This document shows positions 40,130 through 50,173 of a stretch of 64,000 bases of DNA, piece after piece. Under the pieces are notes generated by a model. The model saw only the letters and a program-made list of their open reading frames with translations, made no database searches and was not told the origin of the DNA. The stretch is taken from the NCBI GenBank assembly GCA_050248855.1, contig JBFWRP010000003.1, positions 64,001 through 128,000 on the forward strand, written 5' to 3'. This DNA comes from Planctomycetota bacterium. Lineage in GTDB: Bacteria; Planctomycetota; PLA2; JAEUHO01. The position numbers and the translations under genes are program-made. The stretch's first letter is position 1. Each line of letters starts with the position of its first letter.

Positions 40130-41425
40130 ATGCAGGGAACGATGCTGGCCGCCGTCCTGGCGGTCGTGGCAGGCGCCGGGGGCTGGTGGATCGGCCGTGA
40201 GTCGGGCCGGGCTGGCGGAACCGAGGTCCAGACACCGGCCGAGGTTCGCGTGCAGGAGCTGTTGGAAGAGAACCGCCGCTTGACGCAGCAGCTGGCGTCG
40301 CGCGGCCCGGCGCTCGAAGGCACCGGAGACGGCATGGCCCCCTCGGCCCCCGAGGAGCCCACGCCCGGCAGCGTGTTGGCGGTGGGCGCCCAAGGCGAGC
40401 TCCATCTCGAGCCGCTGGACGCCATCGACTTCGCGGGCGCCAAGACGCCCGACGAGCTCATCCACCAGGTCCTCCGCTGGCTGCACACCAAGCTCGGCAA
40501 GGGGCGCCAGGGGCATCTCGAGATCCTCGAGTTCCTCGGTGAGCTCGGCACGAAGCAGAAGCAGGAAGAGCTCGAACCCCACTTCGAGCGCCTGTTCCAC
40601 GACGACGGCCCGCGCGTCGCCAAGCACCTCTATCCGCTGATCAAGTACGCCGTCGAGCACGACACGGAGGCCGTTGCGCTCACGGAGACGTTCTTCGAGC
40701 AGGCGGCCAACGACCCCGCGTGGTTCGCCGACCTCGACGACGACCCGTTCGAGGCGTTCACCGAGGGCCTCGGCTTCATGATGCCCGCCGTGGCCTCGGA
40801 CGCTCAGCTGGACCGCTTCCGCGCGCATGCGCAGAAGATCCTCGACACGCCCGAGGACCGGCAGCCCGAGGCGATCCGCAAGGCCCGCCGCGACATCCAG
40901 CAGCTGTTGATCGCGTGGTCGCCCCCGCTGTCCGTCGAGGAGGCCGTGGCCAAGCTCAAGCGGGGCGACCTGCGAACGGAAGAGCTGATCGCCTTGATGC
41001 CCCTGATCCCGGACGAGGCGTGGGCCCAGGTCGATCCGTTGCTCGTGCTCCAGCCGCTGGCCCTCCAGCAGGACTGGAGCCTCTTCCAGGTCATGCAGCG
41101 GTTGCCGGCGCTGGACGGTCGCCAGGTCGAGCGCCTGGACGACGCGATCGTCACGGCCTACGCCGGCACCGTCGAGCCCCAGGCTTGGTTCCTCCGCCAG
41201 TACGTCCAGGCTACGAAGCGGGACACGTGGAAGGCCGCGCAGCCCTTCCTGGAGCGGGCGGCCCTGCAGGGCGCACAGGCGGCCGAGGCCGTGGCCCAGC
41301 TCGCCTTCCAGATGCGCGGCGACGCCGCGCCGAGCCAAGAGGCGGTGCGCTGGCTGATCGAGCGTACCCAGCTCTCCGAGGACACGATCCGCCGCCTGAA
41401 GTCGCAGTTCCAGCTCGGCGATTGA
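40130..41425 (+). CDS. Hypothetical membrane-anchored helical protein
   Basis: GGAGGAG RBS, N-terminal TM, short coiled coil, genome-typical codon usage. Confidence 0.75.
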   Translation: MQGTMLAAVLAVVAGAGGWWIGRESGRAGGTEVQTPAEVRVQELLEENRRLTQQLASRGPALEGTGDGMAPSAPEEPTPGSVLAVGAQGELHLEPLDAIDFAGAKTPDELIHQVLRWLHTKLGKGRQGHLEILEFLGELGTKQKQEELEPHFERLFHDDGPRVAKHLYPLIKYAVEHDTEAVALTETFFEQAANDPAWFADLDDDPFEAFTEGLGFMMPAVASDAQLDRFRAHAQKILDTPEDRQPEAIRKARRDIQQLLIAWSPPLSVEEAVAKLKRGDLRTEELIALMPLIPDEAWAQVDPLLVLQPLALQQDWSLFQVMQRLPALDGRQVERLDDAIVTAYAGTVEPQAWFLRQYVQATKRDTWKAAQPFLERAALQGAQAAEAVAQLAFQMRGDAAPSQEAVRWLIERTQLSEDTIRRLKSQFQLGD

Positions 41426-41489
41426 CCGCCGGCCGTCAACACCGCGTCCGGACGCAGGGTGTTGCCAGCGCTCGGCTACCTTGCCGGGC

Positions 41490-42866
41490 ATGGCCGCTGA
41501 CGACCACGTCCCCGCGGCCCCGGCCGTGCCGCAGGTGGCGATCGTGGGCCGCCCCAACGTGGGCAAGTCCACCCTGCTCAACGCCCTCTGCCGCACCCGT
41601 GTGGCCATCGTGGAGCCGACCCCGGGCGTGACGCGCGACCGGGTGGGGGTGCTCTGCACCCTCGCCGAGCGCACGGTCGAGCTGGTGGACACCGGCGGCG
41701 TCGGCATCGTCGACCGCCAGGGCCTGGACGAGCACGTCGAAGCGCAGGTGCGCGAGGCGGTCGCCAGCGCGGCCGCGCTGATCTTCGTGGTGGACGCCCG
41801 CGAGGGCCGTACGCCGCTCGACGAGCGCGTGGCGAACATGCTGCGCCGCGCCGCCGACCGCGTGATCTTCGTGGCCAACAAGGCCGAGTCCGACCGGACC
41901 GAGTGGAACCTCGCGGACTTCGCCTCGCTGGGCTACGGCGAGCCGCTGGCGATCAGCGCCGAGCAGCGCATGAGCCTGGACGAGCTCGAGGAGCGGCTCG
42001 GCGCGCTCCTCCCCGAAGGCCAGGACCTGCCGCTACGTCTGCCGCCGCCCGACCTCAAGATCGCGCTGGTCGGTCGCGTCAACGCGGGCAAGAGCAGCCT
42101 CGTGAACGCGTTGCTGCGCATGGACCGCATGATCACGAGCGAGGTGCCCGGCACCACGCGCGACAGCGTCGACATCCGCTTCGAGCGCGACGGCAAGGCG
42201 GTCGTGGTCATCGACACGGCCGGCATCCGCAAGGAGCGCAAGGTCCAAGGCTCGGTCGACTTCTACGCCCAGCGGCGCAGCGAGAAGGCCATCCGCCGTG
42301 CCGACGTGACCGTGCTCGTGCTCGACGCCAGCCGCCCCGTGGAGCGCCTGGACCGCAAGATCGCGGGCTACGCCGTCGAGGGCGACCACCCCGTCATCAT
42401 CGTGGCCAACAAGTGGGACCTGAAGCCCGACGACCTCAAGGCCTCCAAGTTCACGCAGTACCTGGGCAAGGTGCTTCCCGGATTGGCGTTCGCACCGATC
42501 ATCTACACGAGCGCCGTGACCGGTCACAACGTGGACCGCATCCTGGACCTCGCGTGGCGTCTGCGCGAGCAGGCCCACACGCGCGTGGGCACGGGCGAGC
42601 TGAACCGCGCGCTCGAAGCCGCCACCGAGCGCCGGCGGCCGCGCGCGCAGGCAGGCAAGATGGGCCGCATCTACTTCGCGAGCCAGGTCGAGGTGGCGCC
42701 GCCCACGTTCCTGCTGTTCGTCAACGACCCCAAGCTGTTCCAGCCGGACTACCTGCGCTTCCTGCAGAACCGCTTCCGCGAGAGCCTGCCGTTTTCCGAG
42801 GTGCCGATCCGCCTGCGCTTGAAGGCCCGCGACCGCTCGCCGTCGAAGAACGAAGGCGGCCGGTGA
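41490..42866 (+). CDS. der: Ribosome biogenesis GTPase Der (EngA)
   Basis: Two GTPase domains (GRPNVGKS/DTGG; GRVNAGKS/DTAG/NKWD) and the C-terminal 'PPTFLLFVNDP' domain. Confidence 0.96.
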   Translation: MAADDHVPAAPAVPQVAIVGRPNVGKSTLLNALCRTRVAIVEPTPGVTRDRVGVLCTLAERTVELVDTGGVGIVDRQGLDEHVEAQVREAVASAAALIFVVDAREGRTPLDERVANMLRRAADRVIFVANKAESDRTEWNLADFASLGYGEPLAISAEQRMSLDELEERLGALLPEGQDLPLRLPPPDLKIALVGRVNAGKSSLVNALLRMDRMITSEVPGTTRDSVDIRFERDGKAVVVIDTAGIRKERKVQGSVDFYAQRRSEKAIRRADVTVLVLDASRPVERLDRKIAGYAVEGDHPVIIVANKWDLKPDDLKASKFTQYLGKVLPGLAFAPIIYTSAVTGHNVDRILDLAWRLREQAHTRVGTGELNRALEAATERRRPRAQAGKMGRIYFASQVEVAPPTFLLFVNDPKLFQPDYLRFLQNRFRESLPFSEVPIRLRLKARDRSPSKNEGGR

Positions 42867-43570
42867 GTCGCGTCCCCACGATCGTCGCGATGGGCGGTGG
42901 CGGCTTCCTCATGGAGCCCGACAACCCGCTGCTCGACGACTTCCTGCTCGGGCAGGCCGGTGTCGAACGACCGCGCGTGGCGTGGCTCGGGACGGCGATG
43001 GGGGACAGCGCGCGTGGCGTGGCCCTGTTCCACCGCGCCATGCAGACGCGCGACGTGCGACCGTCCCACGTCTCGCTCTTCGACCGCTCGGGCCCCGACC
43101 TGGCCGCCACGCTGCTGGCCCAGGACGTGATCTACGTGGGTGGGGGCAATACGGCCAACCTGCTCGCCGTCTGGCGCGTGCATGGTGTGGACCGGATCCT
43201 GGCCGAGGCGTGGCGGCGCGGCATCGTCCTCGGCGGCGTCAGCGCCGGGATGATCTGCTGGTTCGAGGCTGGCGTGACGGACAGCTTCGGACCGCTGGCG
43301 GCCTTGCCCGACGGGCTCGGCTTGCTGCCCGGCAGCGCCTGCCCGCACTGCGACGGCGAGGCCGAGCGCCGTCCGACCTACCGCCGCCTCGTCGGCGAGG
43401 GCTTCCCCGCGGGCGTGGCTGCCGATGACGGTTCCGCCCTCGTGTTCCGCGGCACCGCGCTGGAGGAGGTCGTGACCTCGCGACCGGCGGCGCGGGCGTT
43501 CCGCGTCGAGCGCGTCGGCGGCGAGGTGCGCGAGTCGGCCTTGCCCGTGCGCTACCTCGGCGCAGCCTGA
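42863..43570 (+). CDS. Peptidase E (S51 family)
   Basis: IVAMGGGGF, YVGGGNTANLL, GVSAG nucleophile, CPHCDGE. Confidence 0.9.
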   Translation: MSRVPTIVAMGGGGFLMEPDNPLLDDFLLGQAGVERPRVAWLGTAMGDSARGVALFHRAMQTRDVRPSHVSLFDRSGPDLAATLLAQDVIYVGGGNTANLLAVWRVHGVDRILAEAWRRGIVLGGVSAGMICWFEAGVTDSFGPLAALPDGLGLLPGSACPHCDGEAERRPTYRRLVGEGFPAGVAADDGSALVFRGTALEEVVTSRPAARAFRVERVGGEVRESALPVRYLGAA

Positions 43571-43590
43571 CCCGGGGCTGCCCGCGTGCC

Positions 43591-45018
43591 ATGCTGGTGC
43601 CGATGTCACCGCGCCCGCTCCGTCTCGCCCTCGCCTGCGCCCTGCTGCTCGTCGGCGCCCTCCGCGCCGCGGGGGCCGCGGAGCCCGTCACGGCGATCCC
43701 GCTCCACGACACGCCAGCCACGGTCATGCCGCCGACCGGCGATGGCTGGAAGCGGCGCGTGGAGGCGCCGGTGGTGGGCCAATGGAGCGTCACCTACACC
43801 TCGGCCGACGGGCTCGTGGTGCTGCAGGCCATCGCGTTCCCGCGCGATGGCTCGCCCGACGACGACCAAGTCGCGCTGCTGCGCCGTGCGGTGGACACGA
43901 TGTTCCGCACGCTGGCCGTCGACGGCTACGGCATGCCCGAGGTCGACACGTTCCGCATCCTGGGCGTGCCGGGTGCGGAGGGCCGCATCGAGGCGCTGTC
44001 CAACCAGCACAAGGTCGTGGGCCGGGCGCGGATCCTGACGCCGTCGGACACGCGCTACGCTTTCGCGTGGGGCGTGGCACGCGCCGATGCGCCCGCCGAC
44101 CTCGCGACCGTCGAGGCCTTCGTCGGCAGCCTCACGCCGCTGGCCCCGCGCCTGTTCACACCGGTCTTCCGCGCCGACCGAGAGGCCGAGGAGGAGCTCC
44201 TCGTGCTCGAGGGCGAGCCGCCCGTGCTGCGGCGCGACCTGGACGCCACGATGCGCCTGGTCGAAGAGGGCTTGGGCGTCCCGCTGTCGGCGGCCTGGCG
44301 CGAGCGCTTGGAGAGTGCCCTGCGCCTCGAGCTGGTTCGCGGGCCGCGCAAGGTCCGCGACGCCGTCCGCGCGGCGCACGAGGCGTTCGAGGCGCCGGAT
44401 GATCCCGAGGCCGCACCCCTTGGACCGGAGGCGCGGACCGCACTCGGCCGCGGCTTCTACCTGGACCACCTCGCGCGTCGCCTCGAAGGCGACACCAGCG
44501 CCGCCGGCTTCGTCGAGGCCTGGCACGGCGCGGAGCAGGTACTGGTCGACGACGACGGCGACCTGTTGCGCGCGTTGCACGTGGATGCGGCCCTGGAGAT
44601 GGCGGCTTTCCTCGGATCGATCGCCGCGGATGCCCCGCGCGGCGTCTCGCCCGGTGAACGCGAGCGGCTCCTGCCCTGGTGGAGCGAGCGCTTCCATGCG
44701 GCGGACGAGGTGACGCGTGCACGCTGGCGCACGCTGCCCGTGATCTGGCAGCGGCTGCGCCATCGGTTCGACACGGCCGACGACGCCAGGCGCCTGGCGT
44801 TCCGTCGCGACGTCCTGGCGCTCGTCCACGGCGACGACGTCGCGGCCGAGCTCGCGACGACGCCGACGGCCGCAGCTCTGCTGGCGTTCATCGGAGCGCA
44901 CCGTCCGCCCGGGCCCGAGGCGCTGGCCCGCAAGATGGCCGACGTGACGGCCGAGCGTCTCACCACCCTGGTCGCGCGCCTCGGGGACCCCACCGGAGAG
45001 GTGCCGCTGGGCTGGTAG
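43591..45018 (+). CDS. Hypothetical exported protein
   Basis: Signal peptide; fills the gap in the + strand run; start may be 43603. Confidence 0.7.
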   Translation: MLVPMSPRPLRLALACALLLVGALRAAGAAEPVTAIPLHDTPATVMPPTGDGWKRRVEAPVVGQWSVTYTSADGLVVLQAIAFPRDGSPDDDQVALLRRAVDTMFRTLAVDGYGMPEVDTFRILGVPGAEGRIEALSNQHKVVGRARILTPSDTRYAFAWGVARADAPADLATVEAFVGSLTPLAPRLFTPVFRADREAEEELLVLEGEPPVLRRDLDATMRLVEEGLGVPLSAAWRERLESALRLELVRGPRKVRDAVRAAHEAFEAPDDPEAAPLGPEARTALGRGFYLDHLARRLEGDTSAAGFVEAWHGAEQVLVDDDGDLLRALHVDAALEMAAFLGSIAADAPRGVSPGERERLLPWWSERFHAADEVTRARWRTLPVIWQRLRHRFDTADDARRLAFRRDVLALVHGDDVAAELATTPTAAALLAFIGAHRPPGPEALARKMADVTAERLTTLVARLGDPTGEVPLGW

Positions 45019-45061
45019 GATCCGCCGCGCCCGGAAGATCGCGGGCGGGAGGGCTGGTCCG

Positions 45062-46714
45062 ATGCACGCACGCACCACCGCACGTGGGTCCACGCCCGGA
45101 GCTTTCGCCCTGGCGCTGCTCGCCTTGGCCCTGCCGCTCGTCGGCTGCGGCGAGGACGGCGGCTCGTCGGGCGGCAAGCCGCTCAAGGTCGTGCTGCAGC
45201 ACGGCAACAACAGCCGCCCCTACATGCCCTGGCCCGTCGACGTGGCCAAGCAGGTCGCCGCCTCGCTCGAGGAGATCGGCTTCGAGGTCGAGGTCCGCCA
45301 AGAGGAGTGGTCGAGCTACCTCGAGGCCGTCCAGAACGGCCGCCACCAGATGGCCCTGCTCGGCTGGTCGGCTGACGTCCCGGACGCCGACAACTTCCTC
45401 TACGTGCTGCTCGACAAGGACAACGCGCGCCTGGGCTCGGCCAACAACATCTCGTTCTACACGTCGGACGAAGTGCACGAGCTGCTGACCAAGGCCCGGC
45501 GCACCGACGACGCGCCCGAGCGCGAGCGCCTCTACGCCAAGGCCCAAGAGCTGATCCTGCGCGATGCCCCCATGGTGCCGCTCGTGTACGGCGAGAAGAT
45601 GATCGCCTTCCGCAAGCCGTTCGGTCAGATCGGCGTGGAGCCCATCAACCACCCGCAGCTGAGGTCCGTCCCGAGCCCGCAGGACGGCACGCTCGTGTAC
45701 TTGCGTGGCAACGACAGCGTCAAGCTGGATCCCGGCGACTCGACCGACGGCGAGAGCAGCAAGGTCATCGAGCAGGTCTACGACACGCTCCTGCGCTTCC
45801 AGCCCGGCAGCATCGACGTGGAGCCGTCGCTCGCCACCTCCTGGGACCACGACGAGTCCCGCAAGGTCTGGACGTTCCGCCTGCGGGAGGGCGTGCTGTT
45901 CCACGACGGCACGCCCTGCGACGCGGCCGCCGTCGTGAACGCGTTCGAGCGCCAGCGGGATCCCAAGCACCCGCACCACTTCGAGGACGGCGAGTTCGCC
46001 TACTGGAAGGACCTGTTCGGCTTCGTCGAGCGGGTCGAGCCCGGCGAGGGCGAGCTGGAGGTCGTGTTCCGCCTGAAGGAGCCCGCGCCGCCGTTCTTCC
46101 TGTCCATGCTCGCGGCATTCAACACGTCCATTCCCAGCCCCGCGAACCTGGACAAGGGGCCGCAAGCGGCACGCCGCAGCCCCGTGGGGACCGGACCGTT
46201 CCGCTTCGCGTCGTGGGACCCGGGCGTCGAGATCCGCCTGGAGCGCAACGACGACTGGTGGGGGGACAAGCCCGCCTTGAAGACCGTTCGCTTCCTCGTC
46301 TCCGCCGATCCCACGGTGCGCAGCCGCCGCCTGCTCTCCGCCGAGCAAGCCGACCTGATCGACAACATCGCCCCGCAGACGGTCGAGGCGCTGGAAGCCT
46401 CCCCCGACGTCGTCGTGGTGCGCGAACCGGGCCTCAACATGTCGTACCTGGCGATGAACACCACCAAGGCGCCGTTCGACGACGTCCGCGTGCGGCAAGC
46501 CGTGCAGCTGGCCATCGACAAGACGCGCATCGTCAGGACCGCCTACAAGGGGGGCGTGGCACAGGAGGCCACGACGCCTGTTCCACCGACGGTGTTTGGC
46601 CATCACGCCGGCTTGAAGCCGGTGGCCGACCACTCCACGCCCGAGGGCCATGCGCTGGCCATCGCGGCCGCCAAGAAGCTGCTGCGCGAAGCCGGCTACG
46701 ACACCGGGGACTGA
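45062..46714 (+). CDS. Peptide/nickel ABC transporter substrate-binding lipoprotein (family 5, DppA-like), circularly permuted
   Basis: LVGC lipobox. Family-5 motifs are present (PSLATSW..WTFRLREGVLFHDG, PVGTGPF, PFDDVRVRQA, AKKLLREAG), but the normally C-terminal block comes first. Confidence 0.92.
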   Translation: MHARTTARGSTPGAFALALLALALPLVGCGEDGGSSGGKPLKVVLQHGNNSRPYMPWPVDVAKQVAASLEEIGFEVEVRQEEWSSYLEAVQNGRHQMALLGWSADVPDADNFLYVLLDKDNARLGSANNISFYTSDEVHELLTKARRTDDAPERERLYAKAQELILRDAPMVPLVYGEKMIAFRKPFGQIGVEPINHPQLRSVPSPQDGTLVYLRGNDSVKLDPGDSTDGESSKVIEQVYDTLLRFQPGSIDVEPSLATSWDHDESRKVWTFRLREGVLFHDGTPCDAAAVVNAFERQRDPKHPHHFEDGEFAYWKDLFGFVERVEPGEGELEVVFRLKEPAPPFFLSMLAAFNTSIPSPANLDKGPQAARRSPVGTGPFRFASWDPGVEIRLERNDDWWGDKPALKTVRFLVSADPTVRSRRLLSAEQADLIDNIAPQTVEALEASPDVVVVREPGLNMSYLAMNTTKAPFDDVRVRQAVQLAIDKTRIVRTAYKGGVAQEATTPVPPTVFGHHAGLKPVADHSTPEGHALAIAAAKKLLREAGYDTGD

Positions 46715-46723
46715 CCCGCCCGG

Positions 46724-47743
46724 ATGCTGGTCTACGCCGTCCGCCGCCTGCTGTTCGCGGTGCCGCTCCTGTTGGCGGCATCGTTCCTCGTCTTCGCCAT
46801 CGTCACCTCGTTCCCCGGCGACCCCTGCCGCGAGAAGCTCGGCCAGGCGACCACGCCCGAGGCGCTCGCCAAGTGCCGCAAGGACTTGAACCTCGACGGT
46901 CCGTTCCTCGAACGCTTCGGCACGTTCCTGAGCGGCGCGGTGAAGCTGGACTTCGGCCACGACTTGCGCACCGACGAGGACGTGGGCGACGTCGTGCTGC
47001 GCCGGCTGCCGCCCACGATCGAGCTCGCGCTCGTGGCCTTGGCGCTCGCCTTCCTGCTGGGCAGCTGGCTCGGCACGCGCTCGGCCCTTCGGCCCGGCAC
47101 ATGGCTCGACATGCTGGGGCAGACCGTCAGCTCGCTCGGCGTGTCGATCCCCGTGTTCTGGCTCGGGATGATGCTCATCGCGGTGTTCGGCGTGTGGCTC
47201 GACTGGCTGCCGTTCGGCGGCTGGTCGCCGGTGGACGTGGCGCCGGGCACCACGTTCCACACGGACTTCCTGCTCTTCGAGAGCCTGGTGCGCTTGAAGG
47301 GCGGGGCTTTCCTCGGCGCCCTGCAACACATCGCCCTGCCGGCCCTGGCGCTGGCCACGATCCCGCTCGCGACGATCACGCGCATGACGCGCTCGGCGGT
47401 GCTGGAGGAGCTGGGCCGCGACTACGTCACGACCGCACGTGCCAAGGGCTTGCCCGAGCGCCGGGTGATCGGCCGGCACGTGCGGCGCAACGCCCTGATC
47501 CCCGTGGTCACGATCACGGGCTTGCAGCTGGGCACGTTGCTGTCCGGCGCCGTGCTCACCGAGACCGTCTTCTCGTGGCCCGGCATGGGCACGTACATGG
47601 TCAACGCAGCCGACCAGCGCAACTACCCCGTGCTGATGGCCTGCATGCTGCTGTTCGTCGTGATCTTCGTGGTCGTCAACCTCGTGGTGGACCTGCTCTA
47701 CCACTGGATCGACCCGCGCCTTCGCACGGGGCTCTCGTCGTGA
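46724..47743 (+). CDS. dppB: Peptide ABC transporter permease (DppB/OppB family)
   Basis: PGDP, GVSIPVFWLG, DYVTTARAKGL, RNALIP, TETVFSWPGMG. Confidence 0.92.
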   Translation: MLVYAVRRLLFAVPLLLAASFLVFAIVTSFPGDPCREKLGQATTPEALAKCRKDLNLDGPFLERFGTFLSGAVKLDFGHDLRTDEDVGDVVLRRLPPTIELALVALALAFLLGSWLGTRSALRPGTWLDMLGQTVSSLGVSIPVFWLGMMLIAVFGVWLDWLPFGGWSPVDVAPGTTFHTDFLLFESLVRLKGGAFLGALQHIALPALALATIPLATITRMTRSAVLEELGRDYVTTARAKGLPERRVIGRHVRRNALIPVVTITGLQLGTLLSGAVLTETVFSWPGMGTYMVNAADQRNYPVLMACMLLFVVIFVVVNLVVDLLYHWIDPRLRTGLSS

Positions 47744-48585
47744 CCGGCCGCCGCGCCGGCCCGCTGCGCCGCCTGCTGCGCGACAAGGGCGCCATCGTGG
47801 GTCTCGTGCTGGTGGGCCTCGTCGTGCTCATGGCCGCCGGAGCCAACTTCGCGCCGTGGGGGCCCAAGGAGATCGACCGCAGCGTCTACGAGCCCGTCCC
47901 GCCGGGTGGCGACCACCCGCTCGGCACGGACGGCGCGGGCTACGACGTCTTCTCCCGCCTGCTCTACGGCGCGCGCATCTCGCTGCTGACGGGCTTGGCC
48001 TCGGTCCTCTTGGCGCTGCTCGTGGGCGTGCCCCTGGGCGCGATCAGTGGCTACGCGGGCGGCAGGGTCGATACCGTCCTCATGCGCATCGTGGACGTGA
48101 TGCTCGCCTTCCCCAGCGTCGTACTGGCCATCGCCATTGCCGCGCTGCTCGACGCGCGCACGGTCGGCACCGTCATCGTGGCCGTCGCCGTCGTCGCGGT
48201 GCCCACCGTCGCGCGGCAAGTGCGCGCGTCGGTCCTGCAGGTGCGCGGGCTCGAGTACGTGACGGCGGCGCGTGCGATGGGCTTCTCCCCCCAGCGCATC
48301 CTCGTGCGCCAGGTCCTGCCCAACTGCCTCGCCCCGATCCTCGTGCTCGCCACGCTCGGCGTCGGCCACGCCATCCTGGCCGCCGCCGGCCTCTCCTTCT
48401 TGGGGCTAGGCCCCGAGGCCCGCGTCGCCGAGTGGGGCGTCATGCTCAAGGACGGCTACCGCTACGCCACCGGCCGCGAACAGTGGGTCATCGTCCCCCC
48501 CGGCGCCGCCATCGCCATCACCGTCCTCGGCTTCAACCTCCTCGGCGACGGCCTCCGCCGCGCCCTGGACCCGCGCGCGAAGTGA
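47740..48585 (+). CDS. dppC: Peptide ABC transporter permease (DppC/OppC family)
   Basis: HPLGTDGAGYDVFSRLLYGARISL, EYVTAARAMG, FNLLGDGLRRALDP. Confidence 0.92.
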   Translation: MTGRRAGPLRRLLRDKGAIVGLVLVGLVVLMAAGANFAPWGPKEIDRSVYEPVPPGGDHPLGTDGAGYDVFSRLLYGARISLLTGLASVLLALLVGVPLGAISGYAGGRVDTVLMRIVDVMLAFPSVVLAIAIAALLDARTVGTVIVAVAVVAVPTVARQVRASVLQVRGLEYVTAARAMGFSPQRILVRQVLPNCLAPILVLATLGVGHAILAAAGLSFLGLGPEARVAEWGVMLKDGYRYATGREQWVIVPPGAAIAITVLGFNLLGDGLRRALDPRAK

Positions 48586-48592
48586 ACGTCCG

Positions 48593-48690
48593 TACGGTGC
48601 CAGAGCAATTCCTAGTGCTCGTCGGTGCCACGCCGGAATTCCGGCGCGGTCCGGGGCCCTGAATTCAGGGCGTGGCGGCATGCCGCCGGC
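48593..48690. repeat. Solo arm of the inverted-repeat family plus a palindrome cluster
   Basis: TACGGTGCCAGAGCAATTCCTA at 48593-48614. Palindromes CGCCGGAATTCCGGCG (48631-48646), GCCCTGAATTCAGGGC (48656-48671) and GGCGGCATGCCGCC (48674-48687). Confidence 0.8.
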
Positions 48691-48711
48691 GACCGCGTAC
48701 GCTCCTGCCAC

Positions 48712-50169
48712 ATGCCACCCCTCACCGCTCGCGTCCTGTTCGTCGTGGTCTCGGTGGGTGTCGCCGCAGCCTTGGCTGCCGCGTTGCGGGGGGGACGCTC
48801 GGAGGACGCGGCAGATCTGCCCCCGGCGGGCGACGCTGCCAGCGACGACCGGGGCGCGTCGGGACGCGCGACCCGGCCGGGCCTCTCGGGACGGGCCGCG
48901 CCGACGCACGGGCCCGCAGCGCTCGTCTGGAGCGAGTGCGAGTGCCGCGAGTCCCTGCAGGGAGCCGAGCTCGAGGCGGCCCTCGGCGATGTCGGCACCT
49001 GCAAGGACCTGTTCGATCGTGTCAGCAGGCTCCGCATGGCTGGCTCGCTCGATGTCGATCCGGCCGCGGGTCAGGGGACGAGGCTCAATGGACCCGGGAC
49101 GGAGCTTGGCGCCCACCAGCACGCCTTGCTCGCGTACCTGCATGGCGGCCACGAGCAAGAGCTCCTCGCGATGGCCACCGCGGAGTGGGCCTGGCTAGCC
49201 GTTCGAGCCTTGGCGCCCGGCAGCCACATGGTCGATGCCGATGTTCGGGCGCAAGTACTCGAGAGGGCTCTTGCCCACGGAGACGTGAAGACCTCGGTCA
49301 TTGCGGCCAACTGCGTGCGAAGCCGTGCCGACCTGTCCGAAGGGTCGGTGGCCTCGCTCATGCGGTGGGCGGCGGATCCGCGGCGCGAGGAACGTGGGAG
49401 CGCGCTCGTGGCGCTTTACCACCTGGATGCGCGTGACGGCTCCCTCGCGCCTTGGTTTCGCGAGCTCGCCAAGGGCGACATCGAGCAGCTGGGGACGTGG
49501 CTTCCCCGGTGCCTCGCCAGGGTCGACGGAGCGTCGGACGACACGCAGCAGCTGCTGGTCACCTGGGCCAACGGATCGCGACCCGAGATCGCACTGGGCG
49601 CCCTGCACGCGCTTCGCGAGATGGCGACCCTGGGCGACGCAATCCTTGTCGCGATCGAGGAGGAATCGGGCCCAAACGTCGCGGGTGACTTCGAACGCCT
49701 GAGGATCATGCTGCAGCACGGTCGCTCGGGCGCCCGTCAGGTTCGTGAGCTTGATCACGTGGTCCGGCCGAGCGCACGCTACGAGGCTACGCGCGCTGTG
49801 TTGCACCATCCCCTCGATGCGCCTTCCGTGCGCTCGCTCCTTCGCACCCAGCTCGTGAGCGATGACGAAGACGCGGTTGCCCTCGCGGCGCTTGCGGCCT
49901 GGCGCGTCATGCGCGACGAAGAACCCATGCGGGCCTTGCTCTCCCGCGCCTCGGCGGACAACGACGAATTCGTCTGGGCTCGGACCTGGGCTCGCGAGCT
50001 CTCGAGGATGCCGGACATCCTGCAGGGGGAGTTCGCCCGCGTCATCGCCCGACTCGTCCCGGGTGACGACGCCTTGGGTCAGCTCCGAAGGGCGCTCGCC
50101 GGGTCGGGCGCCAGCGGCCTCCGCCTGCTCTGTGGACCTCTACGCGCAGCCTTGGCGGAGGGGGACTGA
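48712..50169 (+). CDS. Hypothetical membrane-anchored alpha-helical (HEAT-like) protein
   Basis: N-terminal TM; helical repeats (ERGSALVALYHL, EIALGALHALREM, YEATRAVL); appears to have more T/A-ending codons than its neighbours. Confidence 0.6.
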   Translation: MPPLTARVLFVVVSVGVAAALAAALRGGRSEDAADLPPAGDAASDDRGASGRATRPGLSGRAAPTHGPAALVWSECECRESLQGAELEAALGDVGTCKDLFDRVSRLRMAGSLDVDPAAGQGTRLNGPGTELGAHQHALLAYLHGGHEQELLAMATAEWAWLAVRALAPGSHMVDADVRAQVLERALAHGDVKTSVIAANCVRSRADLSEGSVASLMRWAADPRREERGSALVALYHLDARDGSLAPWFRELAKGDIEQLGTWLPRCLARVDGASDDTQQLLVTWANGSRPEIALGALHALREMATLGDAILVAIEEESGPNVAGDFERLRIMLQHGRSGARQVRELDHVVRPSARYEATRAVLHHPLDAPSVRSLLRTQLVSDDEDAVALAALAAWRVMRDEEPMRALLSRASADNDEFVWARTWARELSRMPDILQGEFARVIARLVPGDDALGQLRRALAGSGASGLRLLCGPLRAALAEGD

Positions 50170-50173
50170 CTCG

